Assembly: GCA_902510995.1 (NCBI GenBank)
Contig: CABXDL010000004.1
Span: forward strand, 1,259-65,258
Reading direction: 5' to 3'
Source: an uncultured Candidatus Actinomarina sp.
GTDB lineage: Bacteria; Actinomycetota; Acidimicrobiia; Actinomarinales; Actinomarinaceae
Length of the DNA: 64,000 nucleotides
Shown: one piece after another, positions 17,001 through 28,351 of the stretch
Layout: each line of letters starts with the position of its first letter
Numbering within the stretch: the first letter of the stretch is position 1
Translations under genes and position numbers: made by a program
The notes under the pieces: model-generated
What the model was told of the DNA's origin: nothing
What the model saw: only the letters and a program-made list of their open reading frames with translations
Database searches by the model: none

Positions 17001-17618
17001 ATGGAAAAAGAACCTTCAAATTATGTAGTGCCTACTGTTATTGAAAATACAAACAGAGGTGAAAGAGCATTTGATATTTATTCAAGACTTTTAAAAGATA
17101 GAATTATTTTCTTAGGAACACCTATTGATGATACTGTTGCAAATTTAATTATGGCTCAATTGTTACATTTAGAGTCAGAAGATCCGGAAAAAGATATTTA
17201 TGTATATATCAATTCTCCAGGTGGTTCAATTACTTCTTTGTTTGCTATATATGACACCATGAAATATATAAAACCAGATGTTGCAACTGTATGTATGGGT
17301 CTAGCAGCTTCTGCTGGAGCAGTAATCTTAGCTGGAGGAACACCGGGTAAAAGATACTCTCTTCCACATGCAAGAATAATGCTACATCAACCTGCAGGTG
17401 GTGCAGAAGGAACATCAAAAGATATTGAGATTCAAGCAAAGCTTATAACTGATATGAGGCACCAAATTAATGGGTTATTGGCAGAATTTACGAAGAAAGA
17501 TATAGATCAGATATCTGTTGATACAGATAGGGATTTCTGGATGACTGCACAAGAAGCCTTAGAATACGGTATAGTGGATGAAGTACTAACTCAAAGGGAG
17601 TTAGTAGACAAAAAATAA
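17001..17618 (+). CDS. clpP: ATP-dependent Clp protease proteolytic subunit
   Basis: [30 protein letters not shown] (catalytic Ser) and MLHQP (His). Start taken at the ATG after GGAGAGGAAG. Confidence 0.93.
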   Translation: MEKEPSNYVVPTVIENTNRGERAFDIYSRLLKDRIIFLGTPIDDTVANLIMAQLLHLESEDPEKDIYVYINSPGGSITSLFAIYDTMKYIKPDVATVCMGLAASAGAVILAGGTPGKRYSLPHARIMLHQPAGGAEGTSKDIEIQAKLITDMRHQINGLLAEFTKKDIDQISVDTDRDFWMTAQEALEYGIVDEVLTQRELVDKK

Positions 17619-17633
17619 CAGCAGGGTAATTAT

Positions 17634-18902
17634 ATGGCTAATAAAGAATCGTCATCAGAACCTTTAAAGTGTAGTTTTTGCGGAAAATCCCAGAAGCAAG
17701 TAATTAAATTAATCGCCGGTCCAGGTGTTTATATATGTGACGAATGTATTGAACTATGTGTAGAGATTATTGAAGAAGAAAAAGTTGAAAGCATAGATTC
17801 ATCTCCTGAAGATTATTTACCACTACCAAAAGAAATAAATCAGTCTCTCAATGAATATGTAATCGGTCAATCAGAATCTAAAAAAACTCTTGCTGTTGCA
17901 GTTTATAACCATTACAAAAGAATTTATAAAGGCGACACAATTGATGATGACTTAGAAATACAGAAATCAAACGTATTAATTTTAGGACCAACAGGGAGTG
18001 GAAAAACTTTATTAGCTCAAACATTAGCAAAAATATTACAAGTTCCTTTTGCAATAGCAGATGCTACAACATTGACAGAAGCCGGATATGTAGGTGAAGA
18101 TGTAGAGAATATTTTATTATCTCTTATACAAGCAGCAGACTTTGATATTAAGAAAGCAGAAAAAGGGATAATCTATATTGACGAAATTGACAAAATCACA
18201 AGAAAATCTGACAACCCTTCAATAACTAGAGATGTTTCAGGTGAAGGTGTTCAACAAGCTTTACTTAAAATATTAGAAGGAACGGTTGCTCAAGTACCTC
18301 CACAGGGAGGAAGAAAGCATCCTCAACAAGAATATCTACAGATAGATACTAAAAATATTTTATTTATCGTAGGAGGCGCTTTTGATGGCCTTGATGAGAT
18401 AATAAATCGTAGACTTGGTGAAAATTCAGTTGGTTTTAATACCAACTTAAAAAATAATGATAAGTTAAATTCATATGAAATATTTCAGAATGTAGAACCA
18501 AGAGATTTAATTAAATATGGTTTAATTCCTGAATTTATAGGAAGATTACCAGTTGTAACGAGTGTTGATGAGCTAGATCAAGATGCTTTGATAGAGATAT
18601 TAACTGAACCAAAGAATGCAATTACAAAACAATTTCAGAAAATATTCGCATTAGATGATATTGAATTGAAATTTACTGATGATTCTTTAGTAGCAATGTC
18701 CGAACTTGCACTTAAAAGAAAAACAGGAGCAAGAGGTCTTAGGTCTATTTTGGAGAAAATATTGCTTGATGAAATGTATGAATCTCCATCAAGAAAAGAT
18801 ATTGAACAGATAATTATTGATAAAGAAAATGTTACTGATGATATTCAGCCAAAGATGGTTTTAAAAGAGAAAAAAGAATCTAAAGATTCAAAACCAGCAT
18901 AA
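17634..18902 (+). CDS. clpX: ATP-dependent Clp protease ATP-binding subunit ClpX
   Basis: Zinc finger CSFCGK...CDEC, Walker [18 protein letters not shown] and GARGLRSI. Confidence 0.95.
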   Translation: MANKESSSEPLKCSFCGKSQKQVIKLIAGPGVYICDECIELCVEIIEEEKVESIDSSPEDYLPLPKEINQSLNEYVIGQSESKKTLAVAVYNHYKRIYKGDTIDDDLEIQKSNVLILGPTGSGKTLLAQTLAKILQVPFAIADATTLTEAGYVGEDVENILLSLIQAADFDIKKAEKGIIYIDEIDKITRKSDNPSITRDVSGEGVQQALLKILEGTVAQVPPQGGRKHPQQEYLQIDTKNILFIVGGAFDGLDEIINRRLGENSVGFNTNLKNNDKLNSYEIFQNVEPRDLIKYGLIPEFIGRLPVVTSVDELDQDALIEILTEPKNAITKQFQKIFALDDIELKFTDDSLVAMSELALKRKTGARGLRSILEKILLDEMYESPSRKDIEQIIIDKENVTDDIQPKMVLKEKKESKDSKPA

Positions 18903-18906
18903 ATCT

Positions 18907-21501
18907 ATGCAAGACGAAACCTACGAGCCATTAGCTATTGAGAAAAAATGGCAGGAGAACTGGGATTTAGGTAATAAATTTGCACCAGTAAGTTCTGATA
19001 AAAAATTTTCAATCGTTATTCCACCACCAAATGTAACCGGATCTTTACATATGGGACATGCATTGGAGCATTCAATTATTGATGTAATTACTCGTATAAA
19101 AAGGCTTCAAGGATACGAGACTTTATGGGTTCCAGGAACAGATCATGCAGGAATCATTACTCAGTTATTAGTTGAAAATGAGTTATCTGAAAATGGGATA
19201 GATAAAGAAGACATTGGAAGAGAAAACTTTATATCAAAAGTTTGGGAATGGAAAGAAAAATCTGGCGAGAACATTTCAAGTCAAATGAGAAAACTTGGGA
19301 TGAGCTGTGACTGGTCTCGTGAAAGATTCACTATGGATGAAGGTCTTTCTACAGCCGTAAGAGAGGTATTTATAAAACTTTATGAAGATGGATTAATTTA
19401 TAAAGGTACACGAATGGTTAATTGGGACACAGAACTTATGTCTGCAGTCTCTGATCTTGAAGTCACCTTAAATCCAGAAAAAGGAAAATTATGGAGTATT
19501 AAATATAAAACAGGAGACTCTTTTTTAACTATTTCAACGACACGACCGGAGACTCTTTTAGGGGATACTGCAGTTGCTGTAAATCCTGATGATGAAAGAT
19601 ATAAAAATCTAATTGGTAAAACAGCTGTTGTACCTTTAGTAAATCGTGAAGTGCCAATAATTGCAGATGAATATGTTGATCCAGAATTTGGATCAGGATG
19701 TGTAAAGATAACACCTTCGCATGATTTCAATGATTATGAGATTGGAGAAAAACATAACTTAGAGTTTATTCAATGTATAAACCTTGATGGAACAGTAAGT
19801 GATGAAGATTTCATTCCTGAAAACTTAAGAGGGAAGGATAGATTTGAAGCTAGAAAATTAATAATAAGTGACTTACAGAAAATAGAACAGCTAGAAAAAG
19901 AAGAAGATTATGACATTCAATTACCAAAAGGAGATAGGTCAAAAAGTATTTTAGAGCCAATGATTACAGAACAATGGTTTGTAAAAACTGAAACATTAGC
20001 AAAGGAAGCAATAAAAGCTGTAGAGACAGAAGAGATTAAATTTGTACCAAAAAACTGGGAAAAAACTTATTTTGAGTGGATGTACAATATTCAAGATTGG
20101 TGTATTTCAAGGCAAATTTGGTGGGGCCACAGAATACCAGCTTGGTACGATGAAGAGAATAATATTTACGTAGGGAACTCAGAAAAGGAAATAAGGGAGA
20201 AGAATAATCTTTCTAAAGAAACTAAATTAAGACAAGATGAAGATGTATTAGATACATGGTTTTCCTCTGCTTTATGGCCTTTTTCAACTTTAGGATGGCC
20301 TGAGGAGTCTGAAGATTTAAGCTCTTACTATCCAACATCATTACTAGTAGTAGGTTTTGATATTATTTTCTTTTGGGTAGCTCGTATGATTATGATGGGC
20401 ATTAATTTCCAAAAAGCAATTCCATTTGATGACATACTTGTACACGGGTTAGTAAGGGATTCAAAAGGAAGGAAAATGTCCAAAAGTCTTGGAAACACTG
20501 TTGATCCTTTAGAGTTGTCAGACAAACATGGAGCAGATGCTTTAAGATTCTCTTTAGTTGAGAAGGCTTCTCCTGGTCAGGATGTACCATTTGACGAAGA
20601 ATGGACAGTAGCAGCAAAAAAATTTGGTAATAAGATATGGAATGCTTCCAAATTTGTTCACATATATACAGACGGTAAAGAGTCGAACGACTTAAGCACA
20701 ATAGAGTGTGAAGAAAATAAATGGATAATAACAAAGTTCGATAGTGTTCTTGACGAATTTAATTCTTTGTTTGAGAAATATAAAATTTCAGATGCTTATA
20801 AGTTACTTTATAACTTTCTTTGGTCTGATTTGTTTGATTGGTATTTTGAGTTTTCGAAAAATTTAATTGAAAACGAAAATCATAAATCAGAAACCATGGA
20901 GGTTCTTAATTCAGTATTTCTTAAATCAATAAAGATTCTTAACCCAGCAATGCCTCACATAACTGAAGAAGTATGGGAAACATTTAATGAGGAAGTATTA
21001 ATTAGTAATAAATGGCCCGAAAAATATAATACAACTCAAGAAAATACTGGAAGTGTTGAAGATTTAAAAAATTTGATTTCTAAAATACGAAACTTTAAAG
21101 CCACTTATAAAGTAAAAAATAATACTGTTTTAAAAATATATTCAGATAGAGAGACAGAAGAATGGTTTAAATATCAACTCGAATCTTTAGCAAAAGTCGA
21201 AATACAACAAGATACCTTTAGCTCGAAGCAAGGTCACGCTGTTTTACATTTTAATTCAGGAAATTATGATTTCGTTATTTCTGCTGAAGAATATATTGAT
21301 GTAGAAGTTGAAATTAAAAAATTAAATAAGAAGATTAAAGATATAGAAAAATCTATAGAGATTTCAAACAAAAGACTTGAAAATGAAAAATTTATGAAGA
21401 ATGCCAAACCAGAACTTATTGATGAAGAAAAATCTAATAAGGAAGCTTTAGAAGCAGAGCTTAGTGTTATAAAAGAAACTCTTAAAGAATTAGGTAATTG
21501 A
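18907..21501 (+). CDS. valS: valine--tRNA ligase
   Basis: 864 aa. PPPNVTGSLHMGHA (HIGH), KMSKSLGN (KMSKS) and a C-terminal coiled coil. Confidence 0.95.
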   Translation: MQDETYEPLAIEKKWQENWDLGNKFAPVSSDKKFSIVIPPPNVTGSLHMGHALEHSIIDVITRIKRLQGYETLWVPGTDHAGIITQLLVENELSENGIDKEDIGRENFISKVWEWKEKSGENISSQMRKLGMSCDWSRERFTMDEGLSTAVREVFIKLYEDGLIYKGTRMVNWDTELMSAVSDLEVTLNPEKGKLWSIKYKTGDSFLTISTTRPETLLGDTAVAVNPDDERYKNLIGKTAVVPLVNREVPIIADEYVDPEFGSGCVKITPSHDFNDYEIGEKHNLEFIQCINLDGTVSDEDFIPENLRGKDRFEARKLIISDLQKIEQLEKEEDYDIQLPKGDRSKSILEPMITEQWFVKTETLAKEAIKAVETEEIKFVPKNWEKTYFEWMYNIQDWCISRQIWWGHRIPAWYDEENNIYVGNSEKEIREKNNLSKETKLRQDEDVLDTWFSSALWPFSTLGWPEESEDLSSYYPTSLLVVGFDIIFFWVARMIMMGINFQKAIPFDDILVHGLVRDSKGRKMSKSLGNTVDPLELSDKHGADALRFSLVEKASPGQDVPFDEEWTVAAKKFGNKIWNASKFVHIYTDGKESNDLSTIECEENKWIITKFDSVLDEFNSLFEKYKISDAYKLLYNFLWSDLFDWYFEFSKNLIENENHKSETMEVLNSVFLKSIKILNPAMPHITEEVWETFNEEVLISNKWPEKYNTTQENTGSVEDLKNLISKIRNFKATYKVKNNTVLKIYSDRETEEWFKYQLESLAKVEIQQDTFSSKQGHAVLHFNSGNYDFVISAEEYIDVEVEIKKLNKKIKDIEKSIEISNKRLENEKFMKNAKPELIDEEKSNKEALEAELSVIKETLKELGN

Positions 21502-22643
21502 TAGATTTCGAAAAATTCTTAAATGATAGAATCAACAATAATAAAAATTTAGAATCCCTTACCTCGTTTTTTACTGAAGATGAACTTTCACAACTTTCAG
21601 ATAAATCTATATCAATAGTTGGAACAAATGGCAAAACATCAACAGCTAATTATATTTATCAAATATTGTCATCAATGGACATAAAAACACTTTTATTTAC
21701 TTCTCCACACATGATCTCTTATGAAGAGAGGATTCAGTCAAACCAACATAAAATTAACCATTCTCATTATGTTGAAGAAATAAAAGAATTTGAAGAGAAA
21801 AAAAGTATAAAATTAGGATATTTTGAAACGTTGTTTTTAATTGCCTGTAAAACTTTTATTGATGAAAAATTAGATATGTTTATAGTAGAGGCGGGGATAG
21901 GGGGACGTTTAGATACGACTTCTATGATAGATTATAAAAATGTAATCTTAACTAATATTGGTTATGACCATCAGGATATATTGGGTGAAACACTTGAAGA
22001 TATTCTTTATGAAAAAATAAAAATTTCAAATAAAATAGATAACTTAGTTTGTGGGGATATTTCAAGTAAACATAAAGAACTTATTTCTAATGAATTAAAA
22101 GATACTTCTATTTCCTATATAGATCAAAACAATAATTTTAAATCAAATGAAGAAGACTTTAGATTAAAGAATATTGATTTAGCTATATTTTCAATAAATA
22201 AAATATTAGGAAAAGAGATTAAACCAGAGATTATTTCAAAGATTAAAGAATATAAAGTAGAAGGAAGATTTGAAATAATAAATAATAATCCACCAAAAAT
22301 TTTGGATGGAGCTCATAATATTTCAGGATTTAAGACTCTTTTTCAAAATCTTGATCACCTGTATAAAGACATTCATTTTCGGGTTTATCTAGGCTTAAAA
22401 GAAGGTAAAGAGTATAAAAAAATACTAGATTTTTTATTAGAAAAACAAAATATCTCCATAAACATAATTGAAGATAATAGTTTCTACAATCAAATGAGTA
22501 GTAAGAATTTAACTAGCTACTTAGAAGAAAGAAAAATTAATTATGAGTTATCAACGATAGAGAAATTTCATCTATCTAAAGAGCATTGTATTTTGATAGG
22601 GAGTTTATATTTAATTGGAGAGTACAAAAAGGAATTTAAATGA
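21498..22643 (+). CDS. folC: folylpolyglutamate synthase/dihydrofolate synthase (Mur ligase family)
   Basis: [10 protein letters not shown]-loop, EAGIGGRLD and DGAHN. TTG start overlaps the valS stop (TTGA). Confidence 0.85.
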   Translation: MIDFEKFLNDRINNNKNLESLTSFFTEDELSQLSDKSISIVGTNGKTSTANYIYQILSSMDIKTLLFTSPHMISYEERIQSNQHKINHSHYVEEIKEFEEKKSIKLGYFETLFLIACKTFIDEKLDMFIVEAGIGGRLDTTSMIDYKNVILTNIGYDHQDILGETLEDILYEKIKISNKIDNLVCGDISSKHKELISNELKDTSISYIDQNNNFKSNEEDFRLKNIDLAIFSINKILGKEIKPEIISKIKEYKVEGRFEIINNNPPKILDGAHNISGFKTLFQNLDHLYKDIHFRVYLGLKEGKEYKKILDFLLEKQNISINIIEDNSFYNQMSSKNLTSYLEERKINYELSTIEKFHLSKEHCILIGSLYLIGEYKKEFK

Positions 22644-23032
22644 AAACATTTTTTATGGTTAAACCAGACGGCGTAAAAAGAAATCTTATTGGAGAAGTTA
22701 TTTCTAGAGTTGAAAAAGAAGGATTTCAGATTACAAAAATTAAGATGATGGATATTTCAGAAGAATTAGCTAAAGAACACTATGGAGAACATGCTGATAA
22801 GCCTTTTTTCAATGATCTTGTAAGTTTTATAACTAGTGGGCCTGTTGTAGCAATGGAAGTTCAAGGTGATGATGTTGTTTCAGAGATAAGACGGATAATG
22901 GGGGCTACAAACCCTTCAGATGCAGATCCAGGGACAATAAGAGCTGATTTAGCTACAAAACTTGAAGAAAATGTTGTGCATGGTTCAGATTCACCAGAGA
23001 GTGCTGAAAGAGAATTATCACTTTTTTTTTAA
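22640..23032 (+). CDS. ndk: nucleoside diphosphate kinase
   Basis: [29 protein letters not shown] (catalytic His). ATGA overlap with folC. Confidence 0.95.
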   Translation: MKTFFMVKPDGVKRNLIGEVISRVEKEGFQITKIKMMDISEELAKEHYGEHADKPFFNDLVSFITSGPVVAMEVQGDDVVSEIRRIMGATNPSDADPGTIRADLATKLEENVVHGSDSPESAERELSLFF

Positions 23033-23083
23033 GAATTAAATTTTTATTTTCTTTGGCCCTGCAGTCTATTAATCTGAATATAC

Positions 23084-24127
23084 ATGGCAGGAATTAATCT
23101 TAGAAGAACTTTATTTGGCGGCAATGATATTGCAATTGATTTAGGCACAGCAAATACTTTAATTTATGTAAAAGGAGCTGGGGTTGTTGTTGACGAGCCA
23201 ACTCTTCTTGCAATCCAAAAAACTGATGGGTCTATATTCACTTATGGTGAAGAGGCAAAAAAATTAGTTGGAAGAGTTCCTGATTCAATTGAGTTAGTCA
23301 AACCATTAAGAGATGGTGTTATTTCAGAAATCGAATATGCAGAGGAGTTAGTAAAAACATTGTTGTCTAAAGCTATTGGAAGATCTTACTCTAGACCAAG
23401 AATAATTATTTGTGTACCCAATGGTGTCACTAGCGTCGAGCAGAGATCGATTGAGACCGCGGCACATGCTACAGGAGCTTCAGAAGTTTTTACTATTGAA
23501 GAACCAATGGCTGCTGCGATTGGTGCTAACTTACAAATTTTTGAACCATTTGGAAATATGGTAATTGATATTGGTGGAGGTACTACTGAAATTGCAGTTA
23601 TCTCTATGGGTGATGTTGTAAATGCTAACTCAGTAAGAGTTGGTGGAGAAGACATGACAGATAAACTAATTGAATGGCTGAGAAGTGAACATGCAATGTT
23701 AGTTGATGAAGGAATAGCAGAGTCATTAAAACATGCTGTAGGGTCTGCTTATCAATACGATAAGGAACCTCAAGTAACAGTTACAGGAAGAGATATTGTC
23801 AAGGGTGTGCCAAAGCAAGTGTTATTAGAAGCATCAGATGTTAGAAATGCTCTTGCCCCAGTAGTTAATGAAATTATTGAAGCCGTTAGAATTTCCTTAT
23901 CACAGACACCTCCGGCTTTAGTGTCTGATATTGATAAATATGGAGCATGGTTAACTGGGGGAGGTTCAATGTTAAAACAACTTGATAGAAAAATTGCAGA
24001 AGATTTAGGTATACCAATTAATATGACTGAAGATCCATTAAGTACAGTAGTTGTAGGCTCAGGGATATGTTTAGAGAGATTTGAAGACTATAAGACTGTA
24101 CTAAAATCTTCTGATAAACCAAATTAG
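23084..24127 (+). CDS. mreB: rod shape-determining protein MreB
   Basis: IAIDLGTANTLIYV, DIGGGTTEIAVIS and LTGGGSML. Confidence 0.95.
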   Translation: MAGINLRRTLFGGNDIAIDLGTANTLIYVKGAGVVVDEPTLLAIQKTDGSIFTYGEEAKKLVGRVPDSIELVKPLRDGVISEIEYAEELVKTLLSKAIGRSYSRPRIIICVPNGVTSVEQRSIETAAHATGASEVFTIEEPMAAAIGANLQIFEPFGNMVIDIGGGTTEIAVISMGDVVNANSVRVGGEDMTDKLIEWLRSEHAMLVDEGIAESLKHAVGSAYQYDKEPQVTVTGRDIVKGVPKQVLLEASDVRNALAPVVNEIIEAVRISLSQTPPALVSDIDKYGAWLTGGGSMLKQLDRKIAEDLGIPINMTEDPLSTVVVGSGICLERFEDYKTVLKSSDKPN

Positions 24128-24130
24128 TAA

Positions 24131-24925
24131 ATGTTCCAAGAACCTCAAAAAAGAAGAAATTATGTAATTTATATATTATTTATTTTCCTTTCGGGCTCCA
24201 TTTTTTTAGCAGATTTATTTTCAAATAAAAAATTCTCAGATCTTATTTCAGATAATGCAGATTTTTTATTCCCAGTTAGTCAGGAAGCTATTGATTTGTT
24301 TGACTCCTTAGATTTAAATATTATAAAAAATAAAAATACCTTAATCAATGAAAATATAAGATTAAAAAATGAGGTTATAGAACTTAGAAAACTTAAGTTA
24401 ATTAATGAGAGGTTAGTTGAAGAAATAAGGTCAAATAATGAATTAATTAAGAATGTCAACCTTGAAAATATTATTTATTACAAATCTACTATTTTAATTA
24501 AAAACACTGAAGATGAGTATCTTATTTCTGGTGGTAGAAATATTAACCTTAACAAAAATGATCTTATTTTAAATGAGGAAGGTTTTGTTGTTGCCTATAT
24601 AGTGAAGGTATTTGATGACCATTCTCTTATGAATACAATCATAAATAGTGAATTTTCTATTCCAGGAATTGACAAATATGGTAATCAATATTTGGTAACC
24701 TCAAACAGAGAAGAACTATTAATCAATTCAATTTATATTGAAGAAGAGAACTTAAATATTGATTATATTTTTACAGATGTAGCTTTTGATCATATAGGGC
24801 AATTTCCGATTGTTAAATTAACTAATGAAGAAGTGTCTAATGCTAATAATAAAATTTCAGCTGTTGTGCGTATAGATTATAAATTTAGTTTTGATTCGAA
24901 TATCTATATCGTAAAAGAAAAATGA
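24131..24925 (+). CDS. mreC: rod shape-determining protein MreC
   Basis: N-terminal TM helix, a coiled-coil region (LKNEVIELRKL) then a beta-rich domain. Positioned between mreB and mreD. Confidence 0.75.
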   Translation: MFQEPQKRRNYVIYILFIFLSGSIFLADLFSNKKFSDLISDNADFLFPVSQEAIDLFDSLDLNIIKNKNTLINENIRLKNEVIELRKLKLINERLVEEIRSNNELIKNVNLENIIYYKSTILIKNTEDEYLISGGRNINLNKNDLILNEEGFVVAYIVKVFDDHSLMNTIINSEFSIPGIDKYGNQYLVTSNREELLINSIYIEEENLNIDYIFTDVAFDHIGQFPIVKLTNEEVSNANNKISAVVRIDYKFSFDSNIYIVKEK

Positions 24926-25392
24926 AAATCTTAAGGAACATTAGTTATATATTTTTATTTGTAGCTCTGCTTGTTTTAGAATTGTTATTAGGCATTTTTT
25001 CTGAGTTTTCAGATTTAGAAATATTACCTTTTCTAATACTTTTATTTTATATTTCAATAAATAAATTTTCTAATGATTATATTCCTGCATTTTTCTTTTC
25101 TGGTATTTATTATGATCTTTTCTACACTTCTAATTACTTTGGATCTACAAGTGCTAAATTTCTTTCAATAGGAATTGTTATTAATTTTATTAATAAAAAA
25201 TTAGATGATAATTTGTTTAGTGAGTTTCTAGTTTTTTTACTTTCAGTATCCATATATAAATTTGAGTTTATTATTTTTTCATTTAGTTTTATTCAATTAA
25301 CAATTGTTTTTTTAATAAGTGTTATCAATTACTTTTTATTTAAGTTAATCAACATTACTCTTAAAAGGGATGTTTTTAAGAAATCGATATAA
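24922..25392 (+). CDS. mreD: rod shape-determining protein MreD (polytopic membrane protein)
   Basis: 156-aa, highly hydrophobic multi-TM ORF. ATGA overlap with mreC. The call is mainly positional. Confidence 0.65.
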   Translation: MKILRNISYIFLFVALLVLELLLGIFSEFSDLEILPFLILLFYISINKFSNDYIPAFFFSGIYYDLFYTSNYFGSTSAKFLSIGIVINFINKKLDDNLFSEFLVFLLSVSIYKFEFIIFSFSFIQLTIVFLISVINYFLFKLINITLKRDVFKKSI

Positions 25393-27208
25393 TTATTTAG
25401 CTTTATTATTTATTTCATATTTTTTATTTATTATTGTTAATTTTTTCTCATTACAGATATTAAATATAAATGATTCAATTGATAAAATAGATCAACAGAC
25501 GTATGATATATTTTACCTTTCAGCTCCAAGAGGTGAAATTTATGACACAAATAAAGAAAAACTAGTCACATCTTCACTTGAACCGCATTTATTTATTAAT
25601 TTGAGAAAAATTAATGCTGACAATATTGATCAATATAAACAATATTTAAAATATAATTTTGAAGAATTAAAAAATAGCGATTTTGAAGAAATTTTCAACA
25701 GTAGAGAGGCTTTATACCTAATAAGAAATATTAATGATTTAGATTATTTAGAAAGACAATCTTTATTAGAGTTAGAAGCTTTTGAAATATTTGATTATCC
25801 AATAAGACAATATAATTATGGGAACATTGCATCTCATATAATTGGTTACATTGGCAGGCCTACATTAGAAGAGTTTGAAGCATACCCTGATAGCAGAAGA
25901 AATGGGTTAGTTGGTAAGAGTGGTGTGGAGAAATATTACGAGGAAGAATTATCTGGAATAGCAGGCGAAATAGTATTTAAAGGCAATGAAATCATAGATT
26001 TTACAACACCACAACCAGGCGAAGATCTTTATTTGACAATAGATATTAGGACACAGCGCATAGCAACCGAGTCACTGTTAGAAGGTATAAAACTAGCAAA
26101 TGAAAATTTTGATTCTGAAAATATTATTCAAAAAGGTTCAATTGTTGTTATTGATATAAATTCTGGAGAAGTCATCTCTATGGTGTCTCTTCCAGATTTT
26201 GATCCGAATAAGTTCGTTAAAGGTATTTCTTCATTCGATTTTAATCAGTTAAATAGAATTGATGCATTTAATAATTTTGCAATACAAGGTTTATATCCAC
26301 CAGGATCTGTTTTTAAAATAGTAGCTTATTGGCTTGCAGAAAATGAAGGTTTATTTCCTGAAGGCATCAGTACAAGAAACAACAGGGTGAAGTGTGAAGG
26401 AAATTTATCGTTTAGTTTTACTGATGGATCACAACAAGTTTATAACGACTGGAAACAAGATGGTCATGGAAATGTTGATTTAAGTTCTGCTATACAGCAA
26501 TCTTGCAACGTTTATTTCTGGGATATAGCCTTAAAAATCTGGAGAACTTATGAAGGAAGCTCTAATGAATCAATATTACAAAAATATGCAAGAAATTTAG
26601 GGTTTGGAAAAATAACAGAAATTGACCTTCCTTATGAAAAAGCAGGTGTTGTCCCAGATAGGGAGCTTTTTGAACAATGGACAATAACCAAACCTGAATT
26701 AGTTAGACCAGAAGGCTGGCTTGGTGGAGACTTAATGAACTTGATTGTAGGTCAGGGGGCTATTACTACTACACCTATCCAAGTAGCAAATGCATATAAA
26801 ACTTTATTAACAGGATATTCTTCAGCTCCATATTTTGATAAAAATAAAGATGATATTGAAATAGTGAAAAATTATGATATTAATGATGAGTTTATAGAGT
26901 TTTTACTTAACGATTTAAATTTGGTTACAAATAAAAACGGTACAGCGTATTATGCATTTGAAGTATTAGGTAGCAAGGCCAATGATATAGGAGGTAAGAC
27001 TGGAACAGCACAAAATCCGGGTGATAAGAATAGTACCTCATGGTTTGCAGGTGTTGATTCAATATCTAATCCAAGGTATATTATTGTGACAGTTGTCGAT
27101 GAAGGTGGTTCAGGAAGTGCAGTAGCTGCACCAATATCAAGAAGGGTTATACAACATTTAATTGGAGTAGATTTAACTCCTGTAAAGTTTGGAGAAATAA
27201 CAGAATGA
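25370..27208 (+). CDS. mrdA: penicillin-binding protein 2 (elongation transpeptidase)
   Basis: SVFK (SxxK), SCN (SxN) and KTGTA motifs. N-terminal TM helix. Located between mreD and rodA. Confidence 0.9.
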   Translation: MFLRNRYNYLALLFISYFLFIIVNFFSLQILNINDSIDKIDQQTYDIFYLSAPRGEIYDTNKEKLVTSSLEPHLFINLRKINADNIDQYKQYLKYNFEELKNSDFEEIFNSREALYLIRNINDLDYLERQSLLELEAFEIFDYPIRQYNYGNIASHIIGYIGRPTLEEFEAYPDSRRNGLVGKSGVEKYYEEELSGIAGEIVFKGNEIIDFTTPQPGEDLYLTIDIRTQRIATESLLEGIKLANENFDSENIIQKGSIVVIDINSGEVISMVSLPDFDPNKFVKGISSFDFNQLNRIDAFNNFAIQGLYPPGSVFKIVAYWLAENEGLFPEGISTRNNRVKCEGNLSFSFTDGSQQVYNDWKQDGHGNVDLSSAIQQSCNVYFWDIALKIWRTYEGSSNESILQKYARNLGFGKITEIDLPYEKAGVVPDRELFEQWTITKPELVRPEGWLGGDLMNLIVGQGAITTTPIQVANAYKTLLTGYSSAPYFDKNKDDIEIVKNYDINDEFIEFLLNDLNLVTNKNGTAYYAFEVLGSKANDIGGKTGTAQNPGDKNSTSWFAGVDSISNPRYIIVTVVDEGGSGSAVAAPISRRVIQHLIGVDLTPVKFGEITE

Positions 27209-28278
27209 GAGAAAGAAAAGTTACATTACTTGGTCCTGAAGGTACAAATTTATCAATATTTTTCTTATTTCTAGTTTTTAATTTTATTTCGTGGTTTACT
27301 CTTTTTGTTCTTTCTGAAGGTATAGAACTTAATTTTAATAATATATTGATCCGACAAATAGTATTTTCGTTGATATCAATTATTGTATTTTTTTTAATAA
27401 CTTATATTTCAATCGAAAATTTGCAACAGTATACAGATTCTTTATTTGCTATTATTACAATTTTATTAGCTGTTTTACTTAGGACTTCTCCAAAAGCAGG
27501 TGTTAGGCGTTGGTTTGATTTGGGTCCTATTGATTTCCAGCCTTCAGAATTTGCAAAAGTAATTACAGTATTATTTATTGCAAACTATCTAACTAAAAGA
27601 AAATCGAAGTACCCACTATTCTTATTTTTAGGTCTAATTCTATTTCTGATATTACGACAGCCTGATTTAGGAACTTCAATAATTATTGGTTTTGTTATTT
27701 TTGCAATTATATTTGTTAGTGATATAAAAATAAGATATTTAGTACTAATAATTCTGTTAGTCTTTACTTTCTTTTTTATTTTCTTAGAATCTGGTCTTAT
27801 TAATGAAAACCAACTCAATAGGATTAATGATTTTTTTAGTACAGATGAAGATTTTCAACAATCTCAAAGTAAATTACTAATATCCAGTGGAAGTATTTTT
27901 GGTCAATATTTTGAATCAAACAAAGTAGAAAAAGTATTTGTACCTGTAGAAACAACAGATTTTATTTTTGCTGCTTATGCTTATAATTTTGGATTCATAG
28001 GTGTTCTATTTATTTTAATTATGTGGCTTTTGTTCTTTTTTAGATTAAACCAAATTTTGAATGTTTCTAATTCAGACTTTGATAAGTTTGTTATTACAGG
28101 TTTTGTGACATTATTAGCTTTTCAAATTATTGTTAATATTTCAACAATAACTGGTTTACTCCCATTAACTGGTTTACCTTTTCCTCTACTAAGCTTAGGA
28201 GGTTCTTCAATGGTTTCTACAGCTATAATTTTTGGAATTACTAACAGAATTTTTATTGAAAATAACTTAGTTATTTAA
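27205..28278 (+). CDS. rodA: SEDS-family peptidoglycan glycosyltransferase RodA
   Basis: FtsW/RodA/SpoVE-like polytopic protein with FQPSEFAKV and RQPDLGT. ATGA overlap with pbp2. Confidence 0.9.
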   Translation: MRERKVTLLGPEGTNLSIFFLFLVFNFISWFTLFVLSEGIELNFNNILIRQIVFSLISIIVFFLITYISIENLQQYTDSLFAIITILLAVLLRTSPKAGVRRWFDLGPIDFQPSEFAKVITVLFIANYLTKRKSKYPLFLFLGLILFLILRQPDLGTSIIIGFVIFAIIFVSDIKIRYLVLIILLVFTFFFIFLESGLINENQLNRINDFFSTDEDFQQSQSKLLISSGSIFGQYFESNKVEKVFVPVETTDFIFAAYAYNFGFIGVLFILIMWLLFFFRLNQILNVSNSDFDKFVITGFVTLLAFQIIVNISTITGLLPLTGLPFPLLSLGGSSMVSTAIIFGITNRIFIENNLVI

Positions 28279-28351
28279 TATTTAAATCGTATTAACCTAA
28301 ATGATATGAGTTTTTTAATATATTTTTCACATCAGTTATTTGGAGGTTTAA